Source: Prasinococcaceae sp. CCMP 1430 (taxonomy: Eukaryota; Plantae; Prasinodermophyta). Taken from it: a stretch of 37,205 nucleotides of DNA. Shown piece by piece: positions 19,192-30,256 of this stretch. The notes under the pieces were generated by a model. The model was given only the letters and a program-made list of their open reading frames with translations, was not told the DNA's origin and did no database searches. The stretch lies in NCBI GenBank assembly GCA_013416795.1, contig RQSC01000030.1, positions 316,079 through 353,283 on the forward strand, in the 5' to 3' direction. The stretch's first letter is position 1. Each line of letters opens with the position of its first letter. A program made the translations under genes and the position numbers.

Positions 19192-21005
19192 ATGGTCAAT
19201 GCGAGCAGCCCGCGCGCCCTGCCCACCTCCCTGCGCGCGCGCGCAGTCGCGTCGAGCGCATTGAACTCTACGGCGGAGGCGACGACACCACTTTGGCCCG
19301 TCAGAGCTGGTGCGGATGCTCTCGATGCGCTCGCTGCGGAGCAACCTGCGGCCGCCGCATGGGCGCGCGCGACTGGGTTCGATGGATCTTGCGGAGCAAC
19401 GTGCTATGTTCCCGGCGAGGGCAACCCCGCTGCGCCTGCTGCCGTGCTCTTTGGCGTTGGCGACGGCAGCGAGCCGCACCAGGCTGCTGGTGCTCTCCCT
19501 GCCGCGCTGCCGGCGGGCACGTACGCGCTCGAGACACTGCCCGGAGGCGCAACTTTCGACGTGGACGAGGCGGATGCCGCGCTGGGCTTCGCGCTGGGGG
19601 CGTACACTTTCAGCACGCACAAGGGGAGAAAGGATGCCAAGGGCAACAGCGACGACGATAGGTGCGGAACGCGCAGCTTACTGGCGCGCGTGTAGTCGTG
19701 CTGAGACGAAGACTGATCCAAATCATTGGGTGCGCGCGCAGGGCCACCTTGCGCGTGTCTGAGGGGACGGCAGAAGCACTCGCGCCCATAGTTTCGGGTG
19801 TGGTTCTCTGTCGCGACCTCATCAACACTGCGCCGAATGCCATGGGCCCTGCGGAGCTCGCCGCCGCCGCGCAAGCACTGGCGGAAGAGTACGACGCGCG
19901 CATCGAGGTGATCACCAACACCGCCGATCTGCTCGAGCGTTTCCCAATGGTTCACGCCGTGGGACGCGCGGCAGCCCCCGGTCGCGAGCCTCGCGTCGTT
20001 GACATGTGCTGGGGTAGCGAGTCGGCGCCCAAGGTCACAATCGTCGGCAAGGGCGTGTGCTTCGACACGGGCGGGCTGGACGTCAAGCCTCCGGCGGCGA
20101 TGGGAAACATGAAGAAGGACATGGGTGGCGCTGCCAATGCGCTGGGCCTCGCCAAGATGGTGATGGCAAGCGGCGTGAACGTGCGCCTGCGCGTGCTGCT
20201 TGGCTGCGTGGAGAACTCAATCGGCCCTGACTCGTTTCGCCCGAGCGACGTGCTCACGGCCGCCAACGGTATCACCGTCGAGGTGGGCAACACTGACGCC
20301 GAAGGCAGGCTGGTCATTGCTGACGCGCTCGCGCTCGCCGACGAAGAGGTACGTGCAGCAGGCGCGAGCCCACGAGCACGATGGCGCATTCGCGTTCCAA
20401 TGCGCGCACTGACCCCTTCACCCCTTCCCCCCCTCGTAACCCCCTCGCCCCACTGTCGCTCCCTGGACCATGCTCTGTCCAGGAGCCCGAGCTGCTGCTC
20501 GACCTGACTACCCTGACTGGTGCGCACCGCGTGGCGCTGGGCTGGGACCTCCCTGGCGTGTTCACTGATGACGAGGAGCTGGCCGCGGAGATCGCGCGCC
20601 ACTCGGAGCTCGCGCGTGACCCCACCTGGCGGCTCCCGCTGTGGAAGCCATATGCCAAGAAGCTGGCATCCAAGGTGGCCGACACCAACAATATCTCGAC
20701 GGGTGGCCTCGCGGGCGCTATCACTGCAGCGCTCTTTCTGCAAAAGTTCACGCCCAAGACCGCCAAAAAGGGATATTGCCACATCGACATGAATGGGTAC
20801 GTGCGCGGCAAGCAGGAGACAGAGCAAATGAGCGCGAGCTGTGCGCGAGCGCCGATGCGCGCGGCAGATGCAATGCTGACGCTCATCTCCGCGCAGGTGG
20901 AATGCTGGGCAGCCCATCCTCGGTGCCATGGGCGAGGGTGGCGAAGCACAGAGTGTGCGCGCGTTCCACTCGCTGATGCTCGAGCGCTATGGCACCGTCA
21001 ACTAG
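19192..21005 (+). CDS. M17 leucyl aminopeptidase (PepB-like); introns 19662-19741, 20349-20482, 20797-20896; possible transit-peptide exon from ATG 18959
   Basis: VGKGVCFDTGGL, MKKDMGGAA, ENSIG, NTDAEGRLVIADAL, DLTTLTGA. All three GT-AG introns restore the frame, ending HIDMNGWN...ERYGTVN*. Confidence 0.92.
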
Positions 21006-21104
21006 TGCTTCGGGTCAGGGCCAAGGGGGGGGGGAGGAGGCGGGGGGGACCCAGTGGGTATACATACAAGAAATTACACACAATGTGGAATGATCGCCCG
21101 ACTC

Positions 21105-24100
21105 TCAGCGCGCTCGCCGTGCTCGCTTGCGCAGCTGCCGTGCATGCGTGGCAGCCGCGCCGCGCACGTCATCCTTAAAGTCGTCCTGGTCGCTGCCTAT
21201 CAGCTTCAGCACCAGCTCCTCGTCATCCCCCTCGCTGTCCTGGCAGCCGCCCTCGTCACTGTCCCCGCCGTCGACGACGTCGCCATCGTCGCTCAATAGA
21301 TCGATGGTCTCGGGCGCAGCCCCCTTTGCGACAGCAGCCTCTCGCCGGCGCTGTTGCTCTCTCTTGAGAACGTCATCGATACGCCGCTGGCCCTTGGGCC
21401 GCGCTGTTCGCCGCTCGTCTGCGCGCTGCTTCGCTTGCTCCTTCGTCACGTTGGCATGGCAAGGCGTGCATAGCGTGCGCATGTTGGCTACGGTGCACAG
21501 TCCTCCTCCTCGAAAGACGGGTACGATATGGTCGGCCTGCCACGCGTACCCCTCCACTGGCGACGCCACCAACCGCTCCAGTGACTTCTTGGACGACGTG
21601 CCGGCAAACTGCGGCGCCACGCGCAGCGCTATATCACGCCGGCGGGCGAGCGCTGCCACGCGCTCGGCGCCACGTTCAGGTGCGCGTATCGCCGCCAACC
21701 GCCGTACGAGATCTACGCAGTCCAGCTTGCACAGCACGCACATACCGCGCTCGAGCTTCCGCAGCTCGTTGCGGAGCCCTGCGGAGCACGCCATCTCGCG
21801 CTCGCGCAGATGGCACGCCCGGCTGCAGAAGAGCTCGGCACGGCAGCTCAGCTTTGCTTCAGGCCTGCGCGCGTGTGGCAATTCGTAGCCGCTCATGCAG
21901 AGCACACACAGTCGCGTACCCGCGTCGCTAAATGGTTGCTCGGCCTCGATGACCTTGGCCGCTTGGTCAGTGAAGCGCACGGTGTGGACCGTCGCACCCG
22001 CAGGCATTTCCGCGGCCGTGTCAGCGAGTCCGGCGTGGCGCACTGGTCTCGAACCTCCAGAGCGGGCGCCGCCTACGCGGGCCGACTGGGCGGCCCGCGC
22101 TGCGGCCTTCTCCTCGGCATCCAGAGCCGCCAGCTCTGAGGTGAGCGGCGGCTGCAGCAACCTACCGACCAGCCTGCGCCGATCGTACGCGCGCAGCATG
22201 CGCCACTCCAACGCGAGCTCGCGCACGATCGCACGCGCGGACGAGCTGCCACAAAGTGGCGCCGGGAGCTCCTGGATCGCGGCCGCCTGCTGGGCGGTGA
22301 CGCACCCTGCGACAGGTTCCTCCAGCAGCGCCTGCTGGGGCAGCACGTTCACGTGCATGGGGCGCGAGCCATCAGCGGCATGGTGCAGGTGCAGCCGGCC
22401 AGTGTGCCCGCTGACCTCCACCCAGAGCGCGGGAGCATCGGTACCACTCGCCGCCGCCGGCTTCGAGGGGAGATCGGGCTGAGGTGGCGCTACAGCCACC
22501 ATCTGCGTGAGAACGACCCCCTTCGAGTCGAGGGGCGCAGCAGACGCGCTCACGTCCCCGTCCACAGGAGGAACCACCTGAGCGGTGCCCTCGAGGTGCG
22601 CTGGTGGCTCGAGAGGCTGCGAGCAGAAGCCGTCGAGGGCCGTGGCGGGCGCCGTCGGCCTAGCCTGCGGCTTGTCCTCGTCCCCGGAGGCTTCGAAGTT
22701 GAGCTTCAGGTCCCCACGCACGCCATCCTGGGCCACACGCGCTGCGTCAGCGCCTGCGCCCTCTTCGTGGTCGACGACCGCATCGATGCGGATGGACATC
22801 GTGCCCTTCTCCAGAGCAGTCTCGCCTGATCGCACCACCTGCAGCATGTCCATGCTCTGCGCGAGGCGCTGCCAGCGCAGCTCCTCGGCGGAGCCCCTTG
22901 CCACCAGGATGTGCACGAGCACCGACGATTTTACGCCACGACGGTGCGCGCGATCCTCGGCCTGTTGTAGGAGGGCTGCTTCCTCGGGAATCTCGGCAAA
23001 GACCACCGCAGACGCTGAGCTGAAATCCAGGCCCGTCGAGGCTGACTTGATGCCCAGGATAGCAACACGCACCGCAGGATCCGATCTGAAACGAGCCACC
23101 AGCTCCTGCCGCTCAGCTGCTGGCACTGTGCCGTCAATGCGCACGAAGCCCACACCGCAGCGCTCAATGGGGCCCGACTGCAATTCGTCCATCACGGCGT
23201 GGTGATGCGCGAAGACGACTATCTTGTGCGACTCCTCCGAGCCATCCAGGATGCCCTTGAGCCACTCGCCGACGGCATTGACTTTCTTGAGGCCAAGCTG
23301 TTGCCAGAAGTGTCCTTCGCGCCTGAATCGGCGCTGGGACGCAGACAAGCGGCTACCGTCCCCATCCCCGTCCAGCTGGTGCTCCTGCGACCAGACTGGC
23401 TCCGCGTCGGGGTCGTAGAGCTCCATCTGCATCAGCACCTCGTCTGCAGCGGTGACCATGCCCTCTGCCTCTGGGCACACCAAGCGCACCACCTGCCGTC
23501 GCTTCGGGGGTAGCTCGGCAAGCACCTCCTCCTTCCGCCGTCGGATCATTATGCACTCGCGCAGCAGCGCGTGTAGCTCGGGAAGGCGCTGACCACCGCG
23601 CATCTCGTAGTGGAAACCCTGCCGGTACCGGCCGTTGCGCACCAGCTTCCGCTCGCAGTACGCGTTGGCAAACGCGGCCTTGCTGTTGCTCAGAAGCTGC
23701 GGCCACAACACTTCGGCCTGCACAAACAGGTCGTAGGGGCGGCTGAGCGCCGGTGTGCCGCTGAGCATGACGACGCGCGGGATTTTGCGCAGCACCTTCT
23801 CCACGGATGCCACGATCTTGTTCTCGCCGTGGCTGAGCGATCCGGTGCGCAGCGCGTGCGACTCGTCGGCGATGGCAACCGCCCAGGGCGTGGCCAGCAT
23901 CTCGGCCTCCAATCGCTGCACCATATTATAGCTCGTTATGACCGCGCGCGGTTTGTGCGCAAGCCCACTCAGGCGGTCCTCGCTACCGAAAACGATGTGT
24001 ATATCTCCCGGGCGAAGCTGCGGCACCCAGCGCTCGATTTCCTCAGCCCACATGAGGCGCAGACTCGCGGGCAGAATCACCAGAACGCTCCCTTCATGGC

Positions 24101-25259
24101 GGTACGCTGATGTGATTGCAATGGCCTGCAGCGTCTTGCCAACCCCCATGTCATCGGCGATGAGGCACCTGCCGTGCCGGCGCAGGCCAAAGCGCACGCC
24201 GTCACACTGGAAGGGGAGCAGGCGTCGCCGCAAGTCCGGCGGGATACGCGCGAATGCGCTGGTGACCTCGCCCTCGGATGCAAGTCTCGTGGGTAGCTCA
24301 AGCAGCGCTGCGCGCACCCACGGGGGGCTAGCACTCACGACTTGCGCGGGCGGCCCTGGCGGTAGCGGCGTGCCCGGCGGCATGCCGTACATCCACGCGT
24401 CGATGGCACCTAGAGCGCCTTTGACTGTCTCCTCGTCCCGCAGGGCGAAGTGCAGTGCGTCTGGAGGCACTTCGCCGATATCTTCGCTACGGCACGCCGC
24501 ACTGCCCTCGAACGCGTCCGCAGGCGGCGAACACACGCGGACCCCACGTCTGTCAGCGAGTGCTGCGAGCACGGGCGCGAGTAGCATCGCGAGACCGCCA
24601 GCGTTCCTCACACTCTCTTCGGCGCCAGGTGCCGGGATGAGTCTGAATCGGTCCCTCGAGACGATCTCCTGCCAGAGGGAAATGCTATGCAATCCCTTTT
24701 GCTGCTGGTGGTATCCGTGGTGCGCAGTCGCACGAGACGTCGTCACCGCTGGCCTGAATGCTCGCGACTGGGGCGCCGACCCGCCGGCTGCAAGCCCGTT
24801 GAGGCCAGCGGGAGAACCCGTCGGTGTTCGTCCCGTGGGAGTCGAGCGCATACTTCGACCCCCGGTCGGGAGAGGCTGCGTCTGGATCGCACGCGGTCCT
24901 TGCTGTACATCGGTGATGAGCTGCGGCAACGCCTGCGCCGGCTGCTGCTGCTGCTGCTGCTGCTGCTGCGGCTGCTGGAATGTGTTTGAGCGCGCGACGG
25001 CAGGCTGTTGAATCGTCTCCGCCTGCACCTGCGCCGAGGCTTGCGGCGGCGGTGGCTGCTGTCGGGCTTGCGGTTGGGCCTGCAACGCCGCACGGCGTGC
25101 GAGAGCGGCGCGACGATTCGCATCCACGCGTGCGCGCTGCTCGAGGCTCAGCCCAACGTCGGGGCCTGCGCTCTCGCCACCGGCGCATACACCTGGCGCA
25201 CCAGCGCTTCCGCCGGCGCTCCTGTCGCCGTCGCCGGCGCACACCTCCGCCATCCGCAC
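21105..25259 (-). CDS. ZRANB3: DNA annealing helicase and endonuclease ZRANB3 (SNF2 helicase plus C-terminal HNH)
   Basis: LLPFQCDGV, IADDMGVGKTLQAI, IADESH, LSGTPALSRP, KIVVFAHH, RIDG, QAEDRAHRRG, and C-terminal WQADHIVPVFRGGGLCTVANMRTLCTPCH. Confidence 0.92.
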   Translation of the reverse strand: MRMAEVCAGDGDRSAGGSAGAPGVCAGGESAGPDVGLSLEQRARVDANRRAALARRAALQAQPQARQQPPPPQASAQVQAETIQQPAVARSNTFQQPQQQQQQQQQPAQALPQLITDVQQGPRAIQTQPLPTGGRSMRSTPTGRTPTGSPAGLNGLAAGGSAPQSRAFRPAVTTSRATAHHGYHQQQKGLHSISLWQEIVSRDRFRLIPAPGAEESVRNAGGLAMLLAPVLAALADRRGVRVCSPPADAFEGSAACRSEDIGEVPPDALHFALRDEETVKGALGAIDAWMYGMPPGTPLPPGPPAQVVSASPPWVRAALLELPTRLASEGEVTSAFARIPPDLRRRLLPFQCDGVRFGLRRHGRCLIADDMGVGKTLQAIAITSAYRHEGSVLVILPASLRLMWAEEIERWVPQLRPGDIHIVFGSEDRLSGLAHKPRAVITSYNMVQRLEAEMLATPWAVAIADESHALRTGSLSHGENKIVASVEKVLRKIPRVVMLSGTPALSRPYDLFVQAEVLWPQLLSNSKAAFANAYCERKLVRNGRYRQGFHYEMRGGQRLPELHALLRECIMIRRRKEEVLAELPPKRRQVVRLVCPEAEGMVTAADEVLMQMELYDPDAEPVWSQEHQLDGDGDGSRLSASQRRFRREGHFWQQLGLKKVNAVGEWLKGILDGSEESHKIVVFAHHHAVMDELQSGPIERCGVGFVRIDGTVPAAERQELVARFRSDPAVRVAILGIKSASTGLDFSSASAVVFAEIPEEAALLQQAEDRAHRRGVKSSVLVHILVARGSAEELRWQRLAQSMDMLQVVRSGETALEKGTMSIRIDAVVDHEEGAGADAARVAQDGVRGDLKLNFEASGDEDKPQARPTAPATALDGFCSQPLEPPAHLEGTAQVVPPVDGDVSASAAPLDSKGVVLTQMVAVAPPQPDLPSKPAAASGTDAPALWVEVSGHTGRLHLHHAADGSRPMHVNVLPQQALLEEPVAGCVTAQQAAAIQELPAPLCGSSSARAIVRELALEWRMLRAYDRRRLVGRLLQPPLTSELAALDAEEKAAARAAQSARVGGARSGGSRPVRHAGLADTAAEMPAGATVHTVRFTDQAAKVIEAEQPFSDAGTRLCVLCMSGYELPHARRPEAKLSCRAELFCSRACHLREREMACSAGLRNELRKLERGMCVLCKLDCVDLVRRLAAIRAPERGAERVAALARRRDIALRVAPQFAGTSSKKSLERLVASPVEGYAWQADHIVPVFRGGGLCTVANMRTLCTPCHANVTKEQAKQRADERRTARPKGQRRIDDVLKREQQRRREAAVAKGAAPETIDLLSDDGDVVDGGDSDEGGCQDSEGDDEELVLKLIGSDQDDFKDDVRGAAATHARQLRKRARRAR

Positions 25260-26093
25260 ACCTCCGCGGCCGGACCTCTCTACCGTCGCCGCTGACGTCT
25301 CGCCGCGAACATCTCCGCGCCGTCACCTCCGCCAAGGGCACGAACCCCGCGGGCGCCGCTCGGCAGGGCGCAACGTGGCGTGGCGGGGCAGGCGCCGCGC
25401 TCTCGCGCCCCCCCCGGGCAGCGCGCGGCGCGCCCGCCGCCTTCTGCGACGCGGGACGCGGCGGGTCGCTACGGCCGCAGCGGCAGCGGCCTCTCGCACG
25501 CAGGCGGGTGAGCGGCACGCGTCGGCGGAGTGTGTGTGTGGTGGTGGTGTGTGTGTGTGGGCGGGTGACACAGCGCGCCTGCCGCGCACTCTGGCGCGCG
25601 CGTTCTCGCGCGCTCGCCCGCCCGCCATCAAAACGCATCCCAACGGCCCCCTCGCCTCCTCGCATGCATTCTGATGGAGAAGTTCAGCGCAGAGAAACCG
25701 CGCGAAAATCACATCAAAATGCAAGGCGTGATTGTCCCCGCTGGGACGGATACGTACGTTCCAGCTCCCCCCAAGCTGGCTCCCCCCCCCGCATGCAAAG
25801 TGGTGTAGGGCGGCGGATTCCAGTGCGCTGGCGGGGGAAGCCATTTTGACCTGAAAATGCATAATGAGGAACCCTCTCGTCCAAAATGTGACCTTTTTGC
25901 ACCTTCAGTATCCGAATTAACCTCAAATCACTGTTAGGGTACCAAACGCGTGTTCCCCGACGCGCGCGGGCGCGGCGGACCCGAATCGCGCCGCGGGCGC
26001 TGCGCAGCGGCGCAGCGCGGCGCGGCGGCGCGTGCGCGCCGCGCGGCCGCCACTGCGCGCGTGGAAGGGGGGGCATGGGCGAGAGGGGGGGGG

Positions 26094-26937
26094 ATGGGGG
26101 GTTTTCGCGCAGGATCTGCCGCGGACATCAACGACAAGCTCGACAAGCTCGAGCAGATTCTGAGCCAGCTGAGCCAGCGGAACGAGGGCCTGATTGCAGC
26201 GCTGAAGAGCACCACAGGAGGCACACACCCCACCGTCACCACAGGCGAGGGGGAGCCCACAGGCGCACGCGGGCCCTCAGGCGCACGCGGGCCCGCACAG
26301 CGCACGCCGCCCACAGCTGAGAGCGGCATCCTGGCCACCGGCGGTGAGGACGTCGGGTTCGATCTGAGAACTGCTACGAAGGAGAGCATTGGCCAGCTTG
26401 TTGGGTGCAGGGTGAACATCTACAAGCGTAAGGCCACGTGCATTCATGTGTACTGCGTCGCCAGAAGGACTCAGTCTTGCAACTTCGCCGCCGTCGTAAA
26501 TCAGAAAGGCGACGTGCACGTGAAGGTGTGTCAGCGCGCGCGCACGCCACCTCACCGCCTGCGCGCGCGCGTCCACGTGCGCATGCAACTGGCTGCTGAT
26601 ACAACCACCACAGAGACGGCATGCAGATTCGTGCAACGGTGGCGCAGGCATCCCGTTCGACGTGAAGCCGTCCGAGCGGACGAGGCTCTTCGCTGGCCAC
26701 CCCAAGCTCCTACAGGCCTGCTACGCGCACGTCCAGCACGGGCGCGGTATGTCTGATGTCTGGAAAGAGATAAGTGCAGGCAAGCACAAGCGTGAGGACC
26801 TGCCTCGGCGCAACTCCGGGGAGTGGTGGGCGTGGAGGAAGCAGGCCGAATCCTGGATCGCTCGCGCGCGCGTGCACGTGCGCATGCAACTGGCTGCTGA
26901 TACAACCACCACAGACACGGCATGCAGTCCCCGCTAA
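26094..26937 (+). CDS. Hypothetical protein with a C-x8-C...H-x3-C zinc-ribbon pattern, possibly a Mutator/FAR1 (WRKY-GCM1) remnant; intron 26526-26613
   Basis: Splicing AAG|gtgtgt ... ccacag|AGA gives HVYCVARRTQSCNFAAVVNQKGDVHVKRRHADSC. Family assignment is inference from Cys/His spacing only. Confidence 0.35.
26562..26927 (+). repeat. 65-bp direct repeat (26562-26626 and 26863-26927, 2 mismatches)
   Basis: cgcgcgcgcgt(c/g)cacgtgcgcatgcaactggctgctgatacaaccaccacaga(g/c)acggcatgcag in both copies. Confidence 0.92.
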
Positions 26938-27021
26938 TTCTTGCCTCTAGTCGACTAGTACTAAACTAGTACTAATTTGTGCTAGAGTCCTACTTTCATC
27001 AGGACCACGAACATGCGCGCC

Positions 27022-28502
27022 TCACATCTTAGCAAGCACCGCCTTGCCGAGCGCGATGGCGCCAAACGTCGCTGTCGCGTACCCCAGCACGCCCACCAGG
27101 ATGCCCGGCACGAGCAGGGAGCGCCAGCCCTTGGCGGTGGCGAAGCCAGCGGCGGTGGTGGGCCCGCCGACGTTCGCATTGGAGGCGACCAGCACGTCGC
27201 GCCGCGGCAGGCCCAGGAGACTGCCCGCGCCGAGGGCAACGCCTAAGTGCACTGCGATTTGTACGAAGCAGAAGCAGAAAAGCGCCGGTGCAGTGCGGAG
27301 GACCTCGACCACAGAGCCCGCCGACGCGCCGATAGCGGCGAAGAAGCTTTGTGAGGGATGTCAGCCGCGAGCACGCGGTCGTGCATCCACACCAGCACAC
27401 CTTTTCTGTGTAGCGAAGACAGGCGCGCATACACCCATCGCGCACGCGCGCGTACGCACATCATCATGACGATAGTGGAAAGGCCCTCCGCTGACGGTAC
27501 GAGGGGTGCCAGTTGTTTTGGCGCAATCGTCGCCAGCACCACCGACAAGGCCGTGATGGCCACCAACGAAAACGCCGGGAAGCCCGCCGCGCGAGCCAAC
27601 GACGTGCCTGCCCAGCAAAGCGCCGCCGAGAGCGCAAGCGCGGTTGCACCGTGCAGCACATTTACGTCCGCGCGCTGCGCACCGCTCTCCCCGAGCTCGG
27701 CGCCCTCAGCTCCCCCGGCCGCCCTGCCCTCGGCCCCATTGCTGATGCTGGTACTCGCTGCCTCGGGCTCGTCGGGGGGGATTCCTCGCGCCAGATAGAA
27801 GAGGGTCGAGAAGTACGCTGCGCACAGGAGGTTGTCGGCAGCGAGGCCGCTCGCGACGACTCCCGGCGACACCTGGAGGGCCTCTGCGACTGCAACGTAG
27901 TTCACCGCGCCTCCGACGTGGCGCGCCGCCAGCGCGCTCGCCACCTTCCAGCCGTCCTCCCCCAGCGCGCGAAGCGGTGCCACCGCGTACGCTGCGAGCG
28001 TGCCCACGACTGTGCCAAGCGAGCCCACGCCGAAGGCAAGTAGAAGACGGCCCGTGCTTCGCAGCACCTTTCGCATGTCGGCGCTCAGCAGCAGCATGGG
28101 GATGGCGAGCGGCAGGAGGGCGCTGTTGACTGTTCCGTACGCAGCGGCGCTGGTGGGGAGCACGCGCGCGTTCGAGAGCGCCAGCGCGAGGAGCGTTGAC
28201 ACGAGCGGGCCGCTCAGGGCCTTGCCGGCGGCGGTGCGCTCGGACCAGAGCCCGCCCGCGCCACACACGAGCAGCATCGTCCACACACCCCACGGGTCCG
28301 TCGACGAAATCAGCGCCTGCGCCTGCGGCGCTGCTGCTGCGGCTGCGGCGGCGGCGGCGCGCGGTGCGCATCGCCTCGGTGCTCGCGCCACTGAGCGCCA
28401 CGTCCGGCTGCCCGCAACGCGGCCGGCTGGACTCACTGCGAGCGGCGCACGGGCTGCTGCAGCAGCCGTCGCGCTTCGCGTGGCGATCAGCGGACCCACC
28501 AT
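27022..28502 (-). CDS. DUF819-family multi-pass membrane protein, probably plastid-targeted; intron 27347-27459
   Basis: Ala/Arg-rich N-terminus, then [62 protein letters not shown]. Phase-2 intron gives [13 protein letters not shown]. Confidence 0.85.
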
Positions 28503-28789
28503 CGCACCTTTCGCCAAGCCCTCCCCGCCCCCCCCGCACGCGCCGGCAGGGCGCGGTGCGTGCGGGGTGTGGAACACGGTTGGCGCCTGGCTGGTAGTAC
28601 GTGTTGCGCGCTCTCGCCCCGGCAAGCGGCTCGGCGGCCTTCGCGGCGCCACAAGCGGCGCGCGGACGCTGCGGGGTTGGGCGCGCCCGCCACCCTCTCT
28701 TGGCTCGTGCCGCGGCTGCGGGGGGCTGGGGCGCGCCGAGATCGCGGCGGGTGCCGCTACCGCAGTCCCGCGGGCGCCAGCGCGGGGGC

Positions 28790-29627
28790 GCGCGTGCGAG
28801 CGCGGCCTGCCGACGTCGCTGCGCGCTGGTCGCTCGAGGGCGCAACCGCAGTGGTGACAGGAGCGTCGAAGGGCATCGGCCTAGCGGCCGCGCGCGAGCT
28901 TGGTGCCCTGGGCGCGAAGGTGCTGCTGGTTGCGCGCACCGAGTCCGACGTGCGCGGGGCGGCCGATGCGCTGTGCGGTGAGGGCGTCGAGGCCGTCGCT
29001 CTCGCTGTCGACATCAGCACCGCGGCGGGCCGCGCCGCGGTCGTGCGCACAGTGGACGAAGAGCTGGGGGGCGCGCTCGACGTGCTGGTAAACAACGCGG
29101 GCACCAATGTCCGCGCGTGTGCCCTGGAGCAGTCCGCCGACGACTACCGCAAGATATTCGACCTCAACGTTGACGCGGCCTACGAGCTCACACGTGCGTT
29201 GCACACGCATCTCTCCTGCTCGGCGCGGGCAAGCGTGGTCTTCGTCGGTAGTGCCGCGGGCGTCGCCTCCACTGGCAGCGGCGCGGCATATGGCATGTCC
29301 AAGGCAGCGCTGGCGTCGCTCACGCGGACCCTTGCCTGCGAGTGGGCCTCGGACGGCGTGCGCGTGAACTGCATCGCGCCGTGGATCACACGCACGCCAC
29401 TACTGGAGGAGGCGCTCAAGCAGGGCGGGGGCTCGACACTCGCCCCCCCGCTCCGGGCCACGCCGCTCGGGCGCGTGGCGGAGCCCGCGGAGATGGGCGC
29501 GGCCATTGCATTCCTAGCCATGCCCGCGAGCTCCTACATCACCGGCATCACGATGCCCGTGGACGGCGGCCTGCTATGCAATGGCTTTGTCGGCGCGTGC
29601 GGGAGCTTTGCGCCGCCGGCAGTGTAG
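28790..29627 (+). CDS. Tropinone-reductase-like classical short-chain dehydrogenase; start unresolved
   Basis: [31 protein letters not shown] (YxxxK), [31 protein letters not shown]...VDGG. Confidence 0.9.
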
Positions 29628-29776
29628 CGCTTGCGCTTGCCCTGCGCTCCCTCCGCTTTGTACTCCATGTTATTATACGTCGCCGCGCCGCCGCCGCAGC
29701 GAGACCCTCGCCGCCCGCGACGACGGCGCGGTGACGCCCGCGCCCGCGCCCACACCCATACCAGCACGTAGCTGCG

Positions 29777-30256
29777 TCATCGCTTGGGCGTCTGCGGCGC
29801 TGCGTCGCGCTGAGTTTGTGCCGGCTGAGGCTTGGCGTCCGCAGCCGGCTCATAGAGGCCGATCATGTGCCCGTCCGGCGCGCGCAGCGCTGCCGCACGA
29901 CCGTGCGGTGGGTACTTGATGGGCCCGTCGAGACGCGCCCCCGCACGCAGCGCCGCGTTAACCACCGTGTCGAGGTCGTCGACGTCGAACGACAGCATGG
30001 GCGAGTACCCAACCGAGAGCGCAGCCTCTGACTCCGTGTGCAGGAGCGCGAGGGTGGAGCCCCCTCCCGCGTCGAGCTCGGCATAGCGCACCTCGCTCTC
30101 GTCCTCGTGCGGATCCCCTTCCCCGAACGCGTGCTCGCGCGCACCCCTCCCTGCAGAGGCTGCGCCGGCCTCGGCGAGTCCGAGCGCGTCGCGGTAGAAG
30201 CGCAGCGCCGCGGGCACCGAGCGCTGCAGCAGCAGCACGCGCCGCAGCGCGGCCAT
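29777..30256 (-). CDS. VOC/glyoxalase-family protein
   Basis: MAALRRVLLLQRSVPAALRFYRDALGL...SPMLSFDVDDLD.VV..AL.AGARLDGPIKYPPHGRAAALRAPDGHMIGLYEP. Confidence 0.85.
   Translation of the reverse strand: MAALRRVLLLQRSVPAALRFYRDALGLAEAGAASAGRGAREHAFGEGDPHEDESEVRYAELDAGGGSTLALLHTESEAALSVGYSPMLSFDVDDLDTVVNAALRAGARLDGPIKYPPHGRAAALRAPDGHMIGLYEPAADAKPQPAQTQRDAAPQTPKR

Noticed and set aside
24940-24970. (CTG)n tract
   Set aside because: Ordinary poly-Gln in the disordered ZRANB3 N-terminus.
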